This document shows positions 10,373-20,800 of a stretch of 61,105 nucleotides of DNA, piece after piece. Source of the DNA: an uncultured virus (IMG/VR IMGVR_UViG_3300020213_000018) (Duplodnaviria; Heunggongvirae; Uroviricota; Caudoviricetes); the IMG/VR virus record IMGVR_UViG_3300020213_000018; one strand, written 5' to 3'. Position 1 is the first letter of the stretch, and each line of letters opens with the position of its first letter. Made by a program: the position numbers and the translations under genes. The notes beneath the pieces are model-generated. The model searched no databases. It was given only the letters and a program-made list of their open reading frames with translations, and was not told where the DNA came from.

Positions 10373-11068
10373 TTATTGAGTTAAATAAAAGTTTGCTGCT
10401 TGTCTTCTTAAAAATGTATTTTTATCAGTTTCCCAATAACTTTCTGTTTTTTTAAGTAAATCATCGTAACCAACACCTATGTTTACAGGATGATTATGCT
10501 TGAAAATAATTTCAGAGAAATAAGACATTTTGTTTAATTTATTTGCTACCAAAGTATATTCTTCATCACAAAACAAACTAAAATACTCAGGATTATAAAT
10601 ATGCTTGTTATAATAACTATCAAAAAACATTTTACCCATAATTGTCATTGTACTAACACGACTTCCAACAAAACCATCGTTAAAATGTAAGTTACCGTTT
10701 GTATCAGGAAAATGTATGCTGAATTTTTCACGAATAATATTATCAAATCCTTTTACCTGAAACTCCATATCATCACTAAAAACAACTACTATTGCCCAAT
10801 CATCAAACTTTTCCATATCACGATTGATAGCGTGAATTTTACTTGTACTTGTCCCGAAAACAGGAACTACTTTATGGTTATCAATGTAATGTTTAAATTT
10901 CGTTAACACATCACGGTTATACATTGTTAAGTCATCAGTATCAAGAGTAACAGCTATCAAGTAATTTTCTTTATCAGCCAAATTATTTATTATATTATCC
11001 AAGCCAATAAAAAACTTTTCGGGTCTTGACCTACTAGGATATTTAAAAATTATTTTATAATTATTCAT
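10373..11068 (-). CDS. putative GT-A glycosyltransferase
   Basis: KYPSRSRP, LDTDD, KIHAINR, FSDDM, FNDG, FCDEE, HNHP; located within the GT cluster. Confidence 0.7.
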   Translation of the reverse strand: MNNYKIIFKYPSRSRPEKFFIGLDNIINNLADKENYLIAVTLDTDDLTMYNRDVLTKFKHYIDNHKVVPVFGTSTSKIHAINRDMEKFDDWAIVVVFSDDMEFQVKGFDNIIREKFSIHFPDTNGNLHFNDGFVGSRVSTMTIMGKMFFDSYYNKHIYNPEYFSLFCDEEYTLVANKLNKMSYFSEIIFKHNHPVNIGVGYDDLLKKTESYWETDKNTFLRRQAANFYLTQ

Positions 11069-11079
11069 ATTTTTTTTAA

Positions 11080-11913
11080 TTAGTTTCCATTATATTTCAT
11101 TAAATCTCCTATAACATACTGCAATGCTCTTTCTCTCGAATTTTTACCTGCACCAAAACGTTTTTGTGCATTGGTTAATACTTTAGGATGCTCTAATACA
11201 TAGGCATAACAAGCCTTTTGAAAATCTCTGATACTGAATTTACCGCTAATTTTACTGTATTCATTTTGAATATAACAATAAAATCTTTTATTCCTTACAT
11301 ATTGTTGGTCAACAAGTTTTTCAGCAATGAAATACATCTCGGCATTAGGTATCCTCTGTTGATAACGACTGATAGAATCTGTTTGTTTATGATACCTACA
11401 CACCTGCATATTTTGCCACATCCTTGTAGTAACGGGAGCTAAAGACTGTAAGTGAATATAGATGTCTAAATCTCTATGACGGTTAGTAGCCATAGTACCG
11501 ATAATTTCAGTTGTTTTAGTATCAATTAAGTAACGGTTAATATCCTCCAACACCAAAAGTCCGCCACGATAATAGTACAATATTTTATTAAGCATTTCAA
11601 CCATGCCGTCAATACCAAGAAAATGACCATTCTTATCGACAGGTAAAATTCTACGAACCTCAACACGTTTCTGTGCAGTCCATCTCGGTAAATCATCAAT
11701 ATCTAAAATTTCAGCTTTGTAACTTACACCATTCTCTTTTAAGTTTTGTTCTACGTATTCGTTATTAACGTCGTATATAAGAACTTTACGAGCTTCTTTA
11801 CCTGTAATTAAATTATCTTTTAGATAGTTTTCAATTACATGGCAGGTGGTATAGGTTTTTCCAACACCCTTAGTTCCTGTTGCAATTATCAGTAACGGTT
11901 CTCTTTTTTCCAT
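11080..11913 (-). CDS. P-loop ATPase, A32/FtsK-HerA packaging-ATPase-like
   Basis: Walker A GTKGVGKT near the N-terminus, IYDVNNEY, Walker B LLVLED, NRH (Arg finger) then IYIHLQ; 277-aa stand-alone protein. Confidence 0.75.
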   Translation of the reverse strand: MEKREPLLIIATGTKGVGKTYTTCHVIENYLKDNLITGKEARKVLIYDVNNEYVEQNLKENGVSYKAEILDIDDLPRWTAQKRVEVRRILPVDKNGHFLGIDGMVEMLNKILYYYRGGLLVLEDINRYLIDTKTTEIIGTMATNRHRDLDIYIHLQSLAPVTTRMWQNMQVCRYHKQTDSISRYQQRIPNAEMYFIAEKLVDQQYVRNKRFYCYIQNEYSKISGKFSIRDFQKACYAYVLEHPKVLTNAQKRFGAGKNSRERALQYVIGDLMKYNGN

Positions 11914-11935
11914 TATTATTTATTTGTTATTATGT

Positions 11936-12745
11936 TTATTTGTTAGATTTTTTAAATATATTAATAAACTTAATAAATGACTGTTTTAATTTATTTTTTT
12001 TAGTGTCTAAAGATAAATTAGAAACAAACATAGGTATTTGGTTAAATGATGATGGTTTGTATTTATCGTTAATTATTTTAGGCACAATTTCTAAATTAAA
12101 TCCTGACAATAACATCTCTATTAATCTTCTAAAACTTGAAATTTCACATTTTTCATTAGAAGGGAAAATAGTTAACACATAATTTGTACCTGCAAGAATA
12201 TTTATATCCATTCCAAAATTACCATCAATAACAATATCAACAGGAATGTCTATTATTCCCGATTGAAATTGGTTTGCTGAAAAATAAGATTGAGTATTTA
12301 ATGGTAAACAAATATATCCACCATTAGCCTCAGATGAATGTAAATTAACCATCTGAGTTACTTGTCCTGAGTTTGTTGATTGTATTCTAATTAAAGATGT
12401 TCTTAAAGGATTATCAGAAATATTATTTAATATTTGAATATACTCCTGCTCTTTACTTGAACAACATATTTCAATATTTTTACTATTATCAAAATTATCT
12501 TTACTTAAATTTCTATTTCTATTAAATAACTTTACAGTTTCAGGAGAAACCCCTTTATTTAAAATCATTAACTGAATTGGATTTGAAGAATGGCTGTTAT
12601 TTTTTTCATCAACAACCGTAATTATAGGTATTTTAAATTTAAGTTTACTTAAAAAATAAACTAAAATTAATCCTAAAACTATGGATATTTCTACTATTAA
12701 AATAAAGAATGATATGTTATTCATAAAATTGTAAAATTGTGTCAT
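11936..12745 (-). CDS. N-terminally membrane-anchored protein with one QFQSG beta-rich domain
   Basis: Hydrophobic segment ISFFILIVEISIVLGLILVYFL; YFSANQFQSGIIDIPVD. Confidence 0.75.
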   Translation of the reverse strand: MTQFYNFMNNISFFILIVEISIVLGLILVYFLSKLKFKIPIITVVDEKNNSHSSNPIQLMILNKGVSPETVKLFNRNRNLSKDNFDNSKNIEICCSSKEQEYIQILNNISDNPLRTSLIRIQSTNSGQVTQMVNLHSSEANGGYICLPLNTQSYFSANQFQSGIIDIPVDIVIDGNFGMDINILAGTNYVLTIFPSNEKCEISSFRRLIEMLLSGFNLEIVPKIINDKYKPSSFNQIPMFVSNLSLDTKKNKLKQSFIKFINIFKKSNK

Positions 12746-12763
12746 ATTTTTTTTTGTTTGTTA

Positions 12764-14329
12764 TTAAAAATCTTCGTTAATATCATCTTCATCAGGTGTA
12801 TTTTCCTCAACCTCAACTGTAATACCGCCATTTTCCTCAGTTAAATACTCATCAATAGTTGGGTCTTTTTCCACAACATTAATAGTTTCAGATTGAATCT
12901 CTACATCTTTAATATCAGAAGTAGTTTCTTCCTCTAAATTTGGAACATCCTCATTTGCATCCGAGTTAGGAATATCATCATTTTCTTCTTCCTTATTAGA
13001 AGGAATATCTTTAGCCTCATTTTTTGGTGGTGTTTTTTTAGGAGGCGTATTATTTGGCTGAGTATCGCTACTTGATTCAGTATTGTTATTATTGTTGTTA
13101 TTGTTGTTGTTATTGTTGTTTTCATTTCCACCAAAACGTTTCTCAGCCTCCTTAACTGTTTCTCTTTGTATTTCCTTACTTTCTTCATGGTAGCGTTTAA
13201 ATTCACTTAGAGCGTGTTTATTTTGTTGCATGAAACCAACGGCAGTCATAGTCATTTGAATAACTTGACCACCAACAGCCATTAATAAACGTTGAGTTGG
13301 AGTAAGAGCTAAGTTGTTTTCTAATAAAACATCAACCAAAGGGTCTTTAATTTCCTTCACCATTTCATCGGTGATAACGAAAGTTTGTTCTACTTGTTGA
13401 TTTACTTCTTCGCAATATTTTTTAACCGTTGTCCCGTCAGAAAACACCTCAGTATCGAGAGCAATCTCATTCTTCATCTCCATAATCTGCAATTTCCTCA
13501 TGTTGAATGAAGACAATGCCTTAAATGGTTTTGGAACGAATTTTTTGTAAGTTAATAATATAGCATCCGCAGCTTTTTCGGCAGCTTTTCTTTTTTGAGC
13601 GGGTGATAAATCATCTAATTTTGAATTAATGGTTTCTTTATCTTTTTTATCTGATTTTACACCACTATCACCTGTGTCAAATTTTTCAAAATTATCATTA
13701 CCGCCTGTGCCTTTACTACCTCCACCACTAATATCATTACCACCACTAGTGTTCTTTTTCTTTTCATCTTTAGGTGGTAAATTTTCGTATGTAGGATTTT
13801 TTATCTCAGGTTCGGGTATTTTTTCTTCAAGTTGTTTTGCTTTCTCAGCATCAATTTCTTTACTCGCAGCATCGCCTTCGATATTATTAACTCCGCTACC
13901 TTCTATTTGTCCCGTAGTGTATCCACGCTTCTTAACAGGTGGAGCTAATGGGTCAAAATCAATATCGGGAATATCATCATTTACATCGGTTAAATTCTGA
14001 CTACTATTTTCAATAGCAACATCCTGTTCTAAATTAACATCTTCATTTGGAATTTCATAGATGTCATCTTGGTTATTTACAGTATTCTTATTTGATTTAC
14101 TTACTGAATCATCATCGTTAAAATTAACGCCACCATTTATATCATTTTCTAATGATTCAATATCAATATTATTATTACTTTTATTATTAAAATCACTTTT
14201 ATTATTATCACCTAATTCATCATCTAAATTATTTGAATTTGAATTATTTTTTGATGATTCGTCCTTTCTTGGTCTTCCTTTCCTTCTTTTAGGAGTATCA
14301 TCTTGATTATCTTCAATTGTTTTTGCCAT
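12764..14329 (-). CDS. acidic low-complexity protein with N-terminal AT-hook
   Basis: KRRKGRPRK; D/E/N-rich termini around a helical core; poly-Asn tract. Confidence 0.7.
   Translation of the reverse strand: MAKTIEDNQDDTPKRRKGRPRKDESSKNNSNSNNLDDELGDNNKSDFNNKSNNNIDIESLENDINGGVNFNDDDSVSKSNKNTVNNQDDIYEIPNEDVNLEQDVAIENSSQNLTDVNDDIPDIDFDPLAPPVKKRGYTTGQIEGSGVNNIEGDAASKEIDAEKAKQLEEKIPEPEIKNPTYENLPPKDEKKKNTSGGNDISGGGSKGTGGNDNFEKFDTGDSGVKSDKKDKETINSKLDDLSPAQKRKAAEKAADAILLTYKKFVPKPFKALSSFNMRKLQIMEMKNEIALDTEVFSDGTTVKKYCEEVNQQVEQTFVITDEMVKEIKDPLVDVLLENNLALTPTQRLLMAVGGQVIQMTMTAVGFMQQNKHALSEFKRYHEESKEIQRETVKEAEKRFGGNENNNNNNNNNNNNNTESSSDTQPNNTPPKKTPPKNEAKDIPSNKEEENDDIPNSDANEDVPNLEEETTSDIKDVEIQSETINVVEKDPTIDEYLTEENGGITVEVEENTPDEDDINEDF
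13082..13120 (-). repeat. (AAC/AAT)13 coding microsatellite, poly-Asn
   Basis: 13 consecutive Asn codons read directly from the sequence. Confidence 0.9.
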
Positions 14330-14361
14330 TGTTTTTTAATGTTAATTGTTATGTTAACAAA

Positions 14362-14898
14362 TTATAGTTTGTCTTTATTTTGTTGAATAAATATTTCAAC
14401 TCTTTTACTTATAATACCATGTTTAGTCAAAAAATATGCGTGATGTCTATTTTTCGGATTCATCTCTTTAAATTCTTCCATCGTATTAAAAATTACCTGA
14501 CGGCTACGACTAAAGAAATTACCGATTTGAGTATCATTTAACTCGGATAAAAATTGTTTTAATAATACTATTGCCATTTTTCTTGCAACTGTAACATCTC
14601 CACGCTTAGTTCTATTAAATAAATCTTTTACAAAAATATTATCTGACTTAAATTCTAATACTATACATTCACAAATAAAATTTACTAATTTTTCTTTATG
14701 TAATGATTGAATTTCAGTTTGAACATCCAAATTATTTAATATAGCGATTACTTTAGTGATACCATGTTTACGTATTACGGATGCGTATAAGTTTAAATAA
14801 TCCGACACATCAACACTTGTACGAGCATCATCAATAGCCCTCTTTCCATTTTTTGAAAATTGTTCTTTATCTGTACTAATATTTTTATGTTCGCTCAT
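14362..14898 (-). CDS. DNA-binding protein with DnaA domain IV-like HTH
   Basis: DLFNRTKRGDVTVARKMAIVLLKQF...TQIGNFFSRSRQVIFN resembles the DnaA C-terminal R...ARQIAMYL...IG..F.RDHTTV pattern. Confidence 0.65.
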   Translation of the reverse strand: MSEHKNISTDKEQFSKNGKRAIDDARTSVDVSDYLNLYASVIRKHGITKVIAILNNLDVQTEIQSLHKEKLVNFICECIVLEFKSDNIFVKDLFNRTKRGDVTVARKMAIVLLKQFLSELNDTQIGNFFSRSRQVIFNTMEEFKEMNPKNRHHAYFLTKHGIISKRVEIFIQQNKDKL

Positions 14899-14935
14899 TT
14901 TTTTAATTAGACATTCATTAGACGTTACTAAATTT

Positions 14936-14951
14936 AACGCAAAATAGCGTA
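14936..14951. promoter_or_regulatory. degenerate copy of the TACGCA-N4-TGCGTA palindrome
   Basis: AACGCA-AAAT-AGCGTA, one mismatch per arm, 38 nt upstream of the HTH gene. Confidence 0.4.
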
Positions 14952-15109
14952 TAATATAGTATAGTTTGATATATTTTTTGTAATTTTCTTAACAACAGTA
15001 TTAACAAATTCAATTTTTTATTAACAGGAGATGATAATTTATTTTATTAAAAAATAAATTACCACCCCCACGCTAAAAAATGAAGTGTTGAAATGTTGTT
15101 AATTATATT

Positions 15110-15739
15110 TTAGGATTGCAATTCGTAAAGTGATTTCAGAAATACCTTTTTCAAGGAAATTGAATACACTTTTTGACTTGGGTAATCAGCAGATTCACCT
15201 ATAATACTTACTAAGTCTTTTTCAGTAATAAATCCGTTGTTCTTACCACAATTTTCAATAATCTTCTTTTCCATATCAAGAGTACCGAACTCCGTAATCT
15301 TTATTTTAGAAGCATCAGCAGCAGCTTCTTCTGCCTTTGCTTTTTCAACAGCTTCTTCTTCCGATTTCTTTTTTTCGTAATCATTAGCAGTATCGGCTTC
15401 CGATTTAGCTTTTGCCTCTGCATCGGCTTTAGCTTTTAACTTAGCTTCAATTTCTACTTCAATTTCCGCTTCTGTTTTCTGTGACTTATTACCTTTAGAA
15501 TCGTCATCATCGTTGTTATTAGATTCAGGTAAATCCTTTTCGATGTGGTCAGCAATTAACTCTGCAATCTCAACATCATTTTTAATGATGGACTGCTTCA
15601 TTTTTTCGCTTGGGTTAGTGTTAAACTTTGCGATTAACGGTCTTAGAACGTTAATACGTTTACGGATTTCAATTGGTAATTCTTCTACCGTCAAATCTTG
15701 TTCATCAAGAAGTGTTTGATACTCTAATTTTTTTGCCAT
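15110..15739 (-). CDS. hypothetical protein with Ala/Glu/Lys linker and a C-terminal module shared with topoisomerase IB
   Basis: C-terminal ITEKDLVSIIGESADYP...LKKVFLKSLY. Confidence 0.7.
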   Translation of the reverse strand: MAKKLEYQTLLDEQDLTVEELPIEIRKRINVLRPLIAKFNTNPSEKMKQSIIKNDVEIAELIADHIEKDLPESNNNDDDDSKGNKSQKTEAEIEVEIEAKLKAKADAEAKAKSEADTANDYEKKKSEEEAVEKAKAEEAAADASKIKITEFGTLDMEKKIIENCGKNNGFITEKDLVSIIGESADYPSQKVYSISLKKVFLKSLYELQS

Positions 15740-15807
15740 TGGTTTTTGGTTTTTGGTTTTTTTTGATTTGTTATTTATTTATTTGCTGTTATGTTATTAT
15801 TCGTTAT

Positions 15808-16242
15808 TTAATCTTTATTTATGTCATCAATAATTAACTCATTGAACTTAGCCATAGTCGTACCTTTAACACCTTTAATTTTTTGTAATTCAGAAGTTTT
15901 TAATGTCCAAACTTTTGCCTCTGTAATCGTTTCATTTAAAACATCAATATTTTTTTGATAATCTTCTTTATCCTTTTCTGAAATAAAAACATAACATCCG
16001 TTTAGTACAACTAAATTTCCTTTTTCATCTTTTTGGATATGTTTCTTCATCAAGGTACTCATAGTTTTATTGTATGCTTTTTCAGCCACAGATAAATTAG
16101 TTATTGACCTTGTGATGTTGTAGTTCATTTTAAAATCTTCAATTTCAAGATTTCCAATTTCAGTCAAACCAAGAATAGTACGACTGATGTTTATGTTTAA
16201 AATTTTGTTTTGTGTTTTTGTTTCTGTGTCTTTATTTTCCAT
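15808..16242 (-). CDS. hypothetical phage protein (weakly DUF1617-like)
   Basis: 144-aa helical protein with KDEKGNLV motif; family call tentative. Confidence 0.5.
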   Translation of the reverse strand: MENKDTETKTQNKILNINISRTILGLTEIGNLEIEDFKMNYNITRSITNLSVAEKAYNKTMSTLMKKHIQKDEKGNLVVLNGCYVFISEKDKEDYQKNIDVLNETITEAKVWTLKTSELQKIKGVKGTTMAKFNELIIDDINKD

Positions 16243-16292
16243 TTTGCTGTTGGTTTAATTATTAACTTATTTACTTTCACTCACTAAATTAT

Positions 16293-16844
16293 TTAACCTT
16301 TTGTGTACCTAGCATTTAAACGCTCAGTAGCAATTTTATTAGCTGCTAAACTTTTCCATTCAGGTATTGCACCTTTTTTAGAAGGAGTTGCGGGAGTTGG
16401 TTTAGATTTTGTCCACCATGAGCCTTCGCATTTAACATAATCAAAATCACGGTCAAAATTTGTATGAACCTGACCGCAACCTTTACCACTATTAGGTAAA
16501 GACCTAATATCATGTGTTGTAGTTGATGTGGTGGTAGTTTTTGTTATGTTAGTTGAGCTTGGAGTAGATGTTTTTACTTCCTTCTCAACTTCTGTTATGG
16601 TTGACTTTGTGGTGTCTTTTGTTTCAGACCCACTTCCTGATTTTTTATCATCACCACCTTTAGAAGCACCGCCTTCTTGTAATTTTTCATCTTTCTTACG
16701 AATAAAACCAAAATAAACTATACCACTTACGATTGCTAATCCCGTAAATATTATTAACCTTTTATTTAAAGTTGATAATTTTGACCAACCACCGCCTGTT
16801 TTTGTTGATACGGGTACTGCTGATTTCAATACTACTGATTCCAT
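16293..16844 (-). CDS. single-pass membrane protein with Thr/Ser-rich stalk
   Basis: TM segment LIIFTGLAIVSGIVYFGFI followed by RKK; T-rich linker; small C-terminal domain with two Cys. Confidence 0.75.
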   Translation of the reverse strand: MESVVLKSAVPVSTKTGGGWSKLSTLNKRLIIFTGLAIVSGIVYFGFIRKKDEKLQEGGASKGGDDKKSGSGSETKDTTKSTITEVEKEVKTSTPSSTNITKTTTTSTTTHDIRSLPNSGKGCGQVHTNFDRDFDYVKCEGSWWTKSKPTPATPSKKGAIPEWKSLAANKIATERLNARYTKG

Positions 16845-16852
16845 GTTGTGAT

Positions 16853-17563
16853 TTATTTTTTAATTTTTTTAAATTTAGCTACAAAAGTTTTTATTGCTTT
16901 TTCGATTTCATCTAACTCTTTTTTAACCTGAGTTGATTTGTATTCATCGCCTAATAAATCTTTTAATGAATTAACAAATTGAGTTGCTTTAGCATCGGCA
17001 CGTTCAAATTTTGTAATGTATAAACTTGGATTTTTAATAATCTTATCACGTTGGTCTGTTTCAACAAATTTGAAAGTTTTTAATACTGCATCCGCAACAT
17101 CACCTGCAACTTTTGATGAAATGGATTTTGTTTTGAATTTATTAGCTGATTTTTTCATTGCAGCTTTACGTCCATGCCATTTACTTAAAAGTTTATCACA
17201 AAACTCTTTATCTTGTTCAGTATATGTTTTACCGCCAATAGTAACAGTTCTTTCGGTTTTAGTTGCTAATTTTTCTTTACGTTTAGCAGTTTTTTCTTCT
17301 TTACTTGAAGGTTTACGACCTACCTTTGACTTTTTACCAACCTTCTTAGGGGCAGATTTCTTAGCAACCGTTTTTTTTGGTTCTACTTTAGTTTCTTCCT
17401 TTTTTGATTCAGGTTCTTTTTCAGCTTCTTTCAATTCTGATTCAAGTTTTTCAATTCTTTTATTAGCAAAATCAATAGTTGCCTGTGTAGCGTTCATTTT
17501 TTTCGCAGTTTCAAGCTGACGTTTTGCTTTGTCAAGTGCTTGTTGGATTTCAGCTTTGTTCAT
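16853..17563 (-). CDS. Lys-rich basic protein, possible DNA-binding core protein
   Basis: KKTVAKKSAPKKVGKKSKVGRK histone H1-like stretch. Confidence 0.65.
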   Translation of the reverse strand: MNKAEIQQALDKAKRQLETAKKMNATQATIDFANKRIEKLESELKEAEKEPESKKEETKVEPKKTVAKKSAPKKVGKKSKVGRKPSSKEEKTAKRKEKLATKTERTVTIGGKTYTEQDKEFCDKLLSKWHGRKAAMKKSANKFKTKSISSKVAGDVADAVLKTFKFVETDQRDKIIKNPSLYITKFERADAKATQFVNSLKDLLGDEYKSTQVKKELDEIEKAIKTFVAKFKKIKK

Positions 17564-17620
17564 TTTATTTAATGTTAAGGTTTAACTTTTATATTTTTAA
17601 TAATCAATCACAATAAAATA

Positions 17621-17661
17621 AAAACAATCTCTATCCAAAATAATCAGATAGAGATTATTTT
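17621..17661 (-). terminator. probable intrinsic terminator
   Basis: Perfect 10-bp inverted repeat AATCTCTATC/GATAGAGATT (17626-35/17647-56) with T-rich flanks, just after the 17668 stop. Confidence 0.65.
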
Positions 17662-17667
17662 TAATAA

Positions 17668-17853
17668 TTAAATTTTCTTTTTACGGTTTACATCAGAACG
17701 ATTAGGTCTGCTTTCGTAATAAACGTTACCACCTTTAGTAGTACCTTCCTGATTTTTAGCACCTTTTTTACTTACACGTTTTCCTGCGTGTTTAGCTTTA
17801 ATAGTTGCATCTTGTTTTTTACCTGCTGCTGTTTGTTTTACTTTCTTTGCCAT
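17668..17853 (-). CDS. small very basic protein
   Basis: 61 aa, AKHAGKRVSKK...YYESRPNRSD; followed by a hairpin. Confidence 0.7.
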   Translation of the reverse strand: MAKKVKQTAAGKKQDATIKAKHAGKRVSKKGAKNQEGTTKGGNVYYESRPNRSDVNRKKKI

Positions 17854-17890
17854 GATTTTTGTTTTTTTGGTTATTTATTTTATTGATTGA

Positions 17891-20800
17891 TTATTTTTTA
17901 CGTTTAAAACTTGCTCTTTTACCTAAATCAAATGTTTCAAACTTTTCACTAATACCACCGCCTTTTTTAAAATCAGCTACATGAGTAACTTGCTCACCAT
18001 CTTTTTCAGCGAGAACAACAGTTACTTCGTAAGATTTTTTTGCTTTAAACGCTACTGCTGCTTTTTTTTGAGCCTCATAAGACGTATCGGCATAAACATC
18101 CATTTGTTTTCCTTTGTAGAAAGCAACATATCCTTTTTTTCCTTCGCCAACACTGCCACCGTCAACCATTTTATCCGCCTCAGTAAATGTAACGCTACCG
18201 TGTTCCATCATTGTATCCAATGCACTTTCTACCATGTAGTTTGGAAACCAATAAACTTTTGCAGATTCAGGATAATCAGTTTTATACATTTCACCTTCTT
18301 CTCCTTCGTAATAATAACCGTCAGTAATTCCTTCTGCGTTTGTTAATCCGAATCCACTATCACCTATATCGTTATGGAAAATGTATTCGCTGTTACCGTG
18401 AACGTCCTCAAATAATTCAAACCAAATATTAGAATCATCAGCTTTACTATCAGTTTTTAATTCAGTTACAAGTTCAATGCCTTCATCATCTATTGATAAT
18501 TTTAAGCCATCTTTTACTTTTTGTAATGTCAAATATTTATAAACTTCGGGTTTTGATTCATCAATCCCACCGCCTTTGGCGTATTTTTTCTTTACACCCA
18601 TTATAGAAGTAAAATCACTATAAGATTTCTTTTTAACGGTAAATCCTTCTTTTTTTAATTCATTAATGTATTTTTTTGCTTTAGTATCATCCGATATACT
18701 TTTTGACTTAATTTCAAAAGCATTTGTTATTTCCTCCGAAAATACATTTGAACCAAAATATTTATTTAAAAATTCTATTTCTGTAACATCAACCCCACCG
18801 CCTTTAGCGTACTTAGAATCTTTACCCTCCATAAAATGAGTGGCATCTGATAAATCTGTTGCGGAACGAGTAATTTTTGAAACTATCCAAGCAGGAATTT
18901 CAGAATTATTTTTTACAGCAGAATCAAGTTCTTTTGAGTGATGAGAAATTTGCTTATTATATCTCTTTATCATTAAAAAATTTTCTTCACCAACTCCACC
19001 GCCTTTAGCCATTTGTCCGTGCATTACTTCTAAGGCAGAGTTCACGCCTTGAATATCTGCACCTGCACGTTTAAGGGCTATTGAATAAATCTGTGCCATT
19101 TTCTTGCTACCTTGTGAAATAGCAGATAACAAAGCCAAATAATCTCCGTAATGATTCTTAGTGGTCTTTGGTTTTCTTTCAATGCGTATTACTTCGGGTT
19201 TGAAATCCTCTGCAAGTCCGTTAAGCAATTTATCCTGTTCAGGTGTGATTTTATTAACATCACCGCCTGTGTCAAAAGTTAATGTTGATTTATCATTACC
19301 TGTTACTTTTCCTGTTTGTAAAACCTGTATTAAATCTCTTTTCATTTCATCAGAATACTTTTTATCAATATCCTTTGCCAAGTCTTTATAGTAATCAGAA
19401 ATATCGGCTACAAAATCTAAATTATTGCTATACATAGTGGATAAATTATGTTTACCCCAATTTTCTTTTGATTTATTGCCAACCCAATTAGTGTTAATCC
19501 TACCACCTTTAGTAAACTGACCATAGGTAGCAGCCTGATTGAACATACTAAAGAAATTACTACCTGCTGATACTTTAGATATATCTTTTCTGTTACCACC
19601 AAATGCAAACCTAAATTCTTTTTTATATGACGATTTTAAAACTTTATCTAAATGAGAAACAATTTTTTTCTTTAATTCAGCATTAATAGACTTAGATTTT
19701 TTTAGTTCAGCTTTTAATTTTTCAAGGTTTAGTTTTGTAGCTTGTTTATTTGTGATAGCGAGTAATTTTTCAATATCATTTTCACCTTTAATTTTTTCGG
19801 ATAATTCAGCTAATCCGTCAAACCAAGTATCTGTATCGCTACTAAATATTGAACCAATACCACCGCCTTTAGCGTAATCTCCACCGTCAATATAAACTTT
19901 ACCATCTTGGGCAAACACATAAGCACTCTCACCTAATTGCTTAGAGGCACTACTTAATCTATCACCAAGTTCTTTATCAATTCCTTCTCTATCCCAAAAA
20001 CCTGCACCGTGTCCAACTTGTGTTAACCATAAGTCATGCCCGATTTGCTCATCATTTAAACCACTTGCTTTTAAATCAGCATCGTTGTCAATCATAAACT
20101 TAATTATACGTTGTCTTATTTTTTCTAAGTTATCTTTATCAAATTCATCGTATGAATAATTTGAATCGAATGATTGGTCTTCATCATCTGTTGATGACCA
20201 TAACGCAGCAATAATATAATGCTTTAAAACAATTTCAACTCTGTCTTTATTTTTTAAATCACCACCATCAGCCATTAACGGAGTAGAAGATGATTTATAA
20301 TTTTCTGCAATCCAAGTAAATAATTTTGTTTGATTACCTACGCTTAAATCGGTAGAGAATTTTAAAACAGCTTCGGAACTTCCTGAGTTATTATAAATTC
20401 TTGAAAACGTATCGCTTAAATGTTTATCATTATCAAAAGCCTTTTCAACAAAACCTTGCGGATAATTAAACATGAAGTAAATCATGTTTCTCATTGCATT
20501 TATTTTGCAAGGCATATCATTATCACCAAAAGAACCACCGAGAGGTGTACTAAAAGATTGATAATTGTTAGCTACCCAAGTAAATAATTTTTTCTGATTA
20601 CCTGCATCTAAGTCGGTAATAAAATATAATAATGCTACGGCTGAACTTTTTTTAATTTTTTTACTTCTTGCAAAACCATCAAACTTACTATTTAAGTGTG
20701 CTTTAACCATATTTGAATCCCCCCAAACACTTTCAATAAAATTGTACGGGAAGTTATAAATGAAGTACACTATGTTACGCATAGCGTTTATCTCGCAGTT

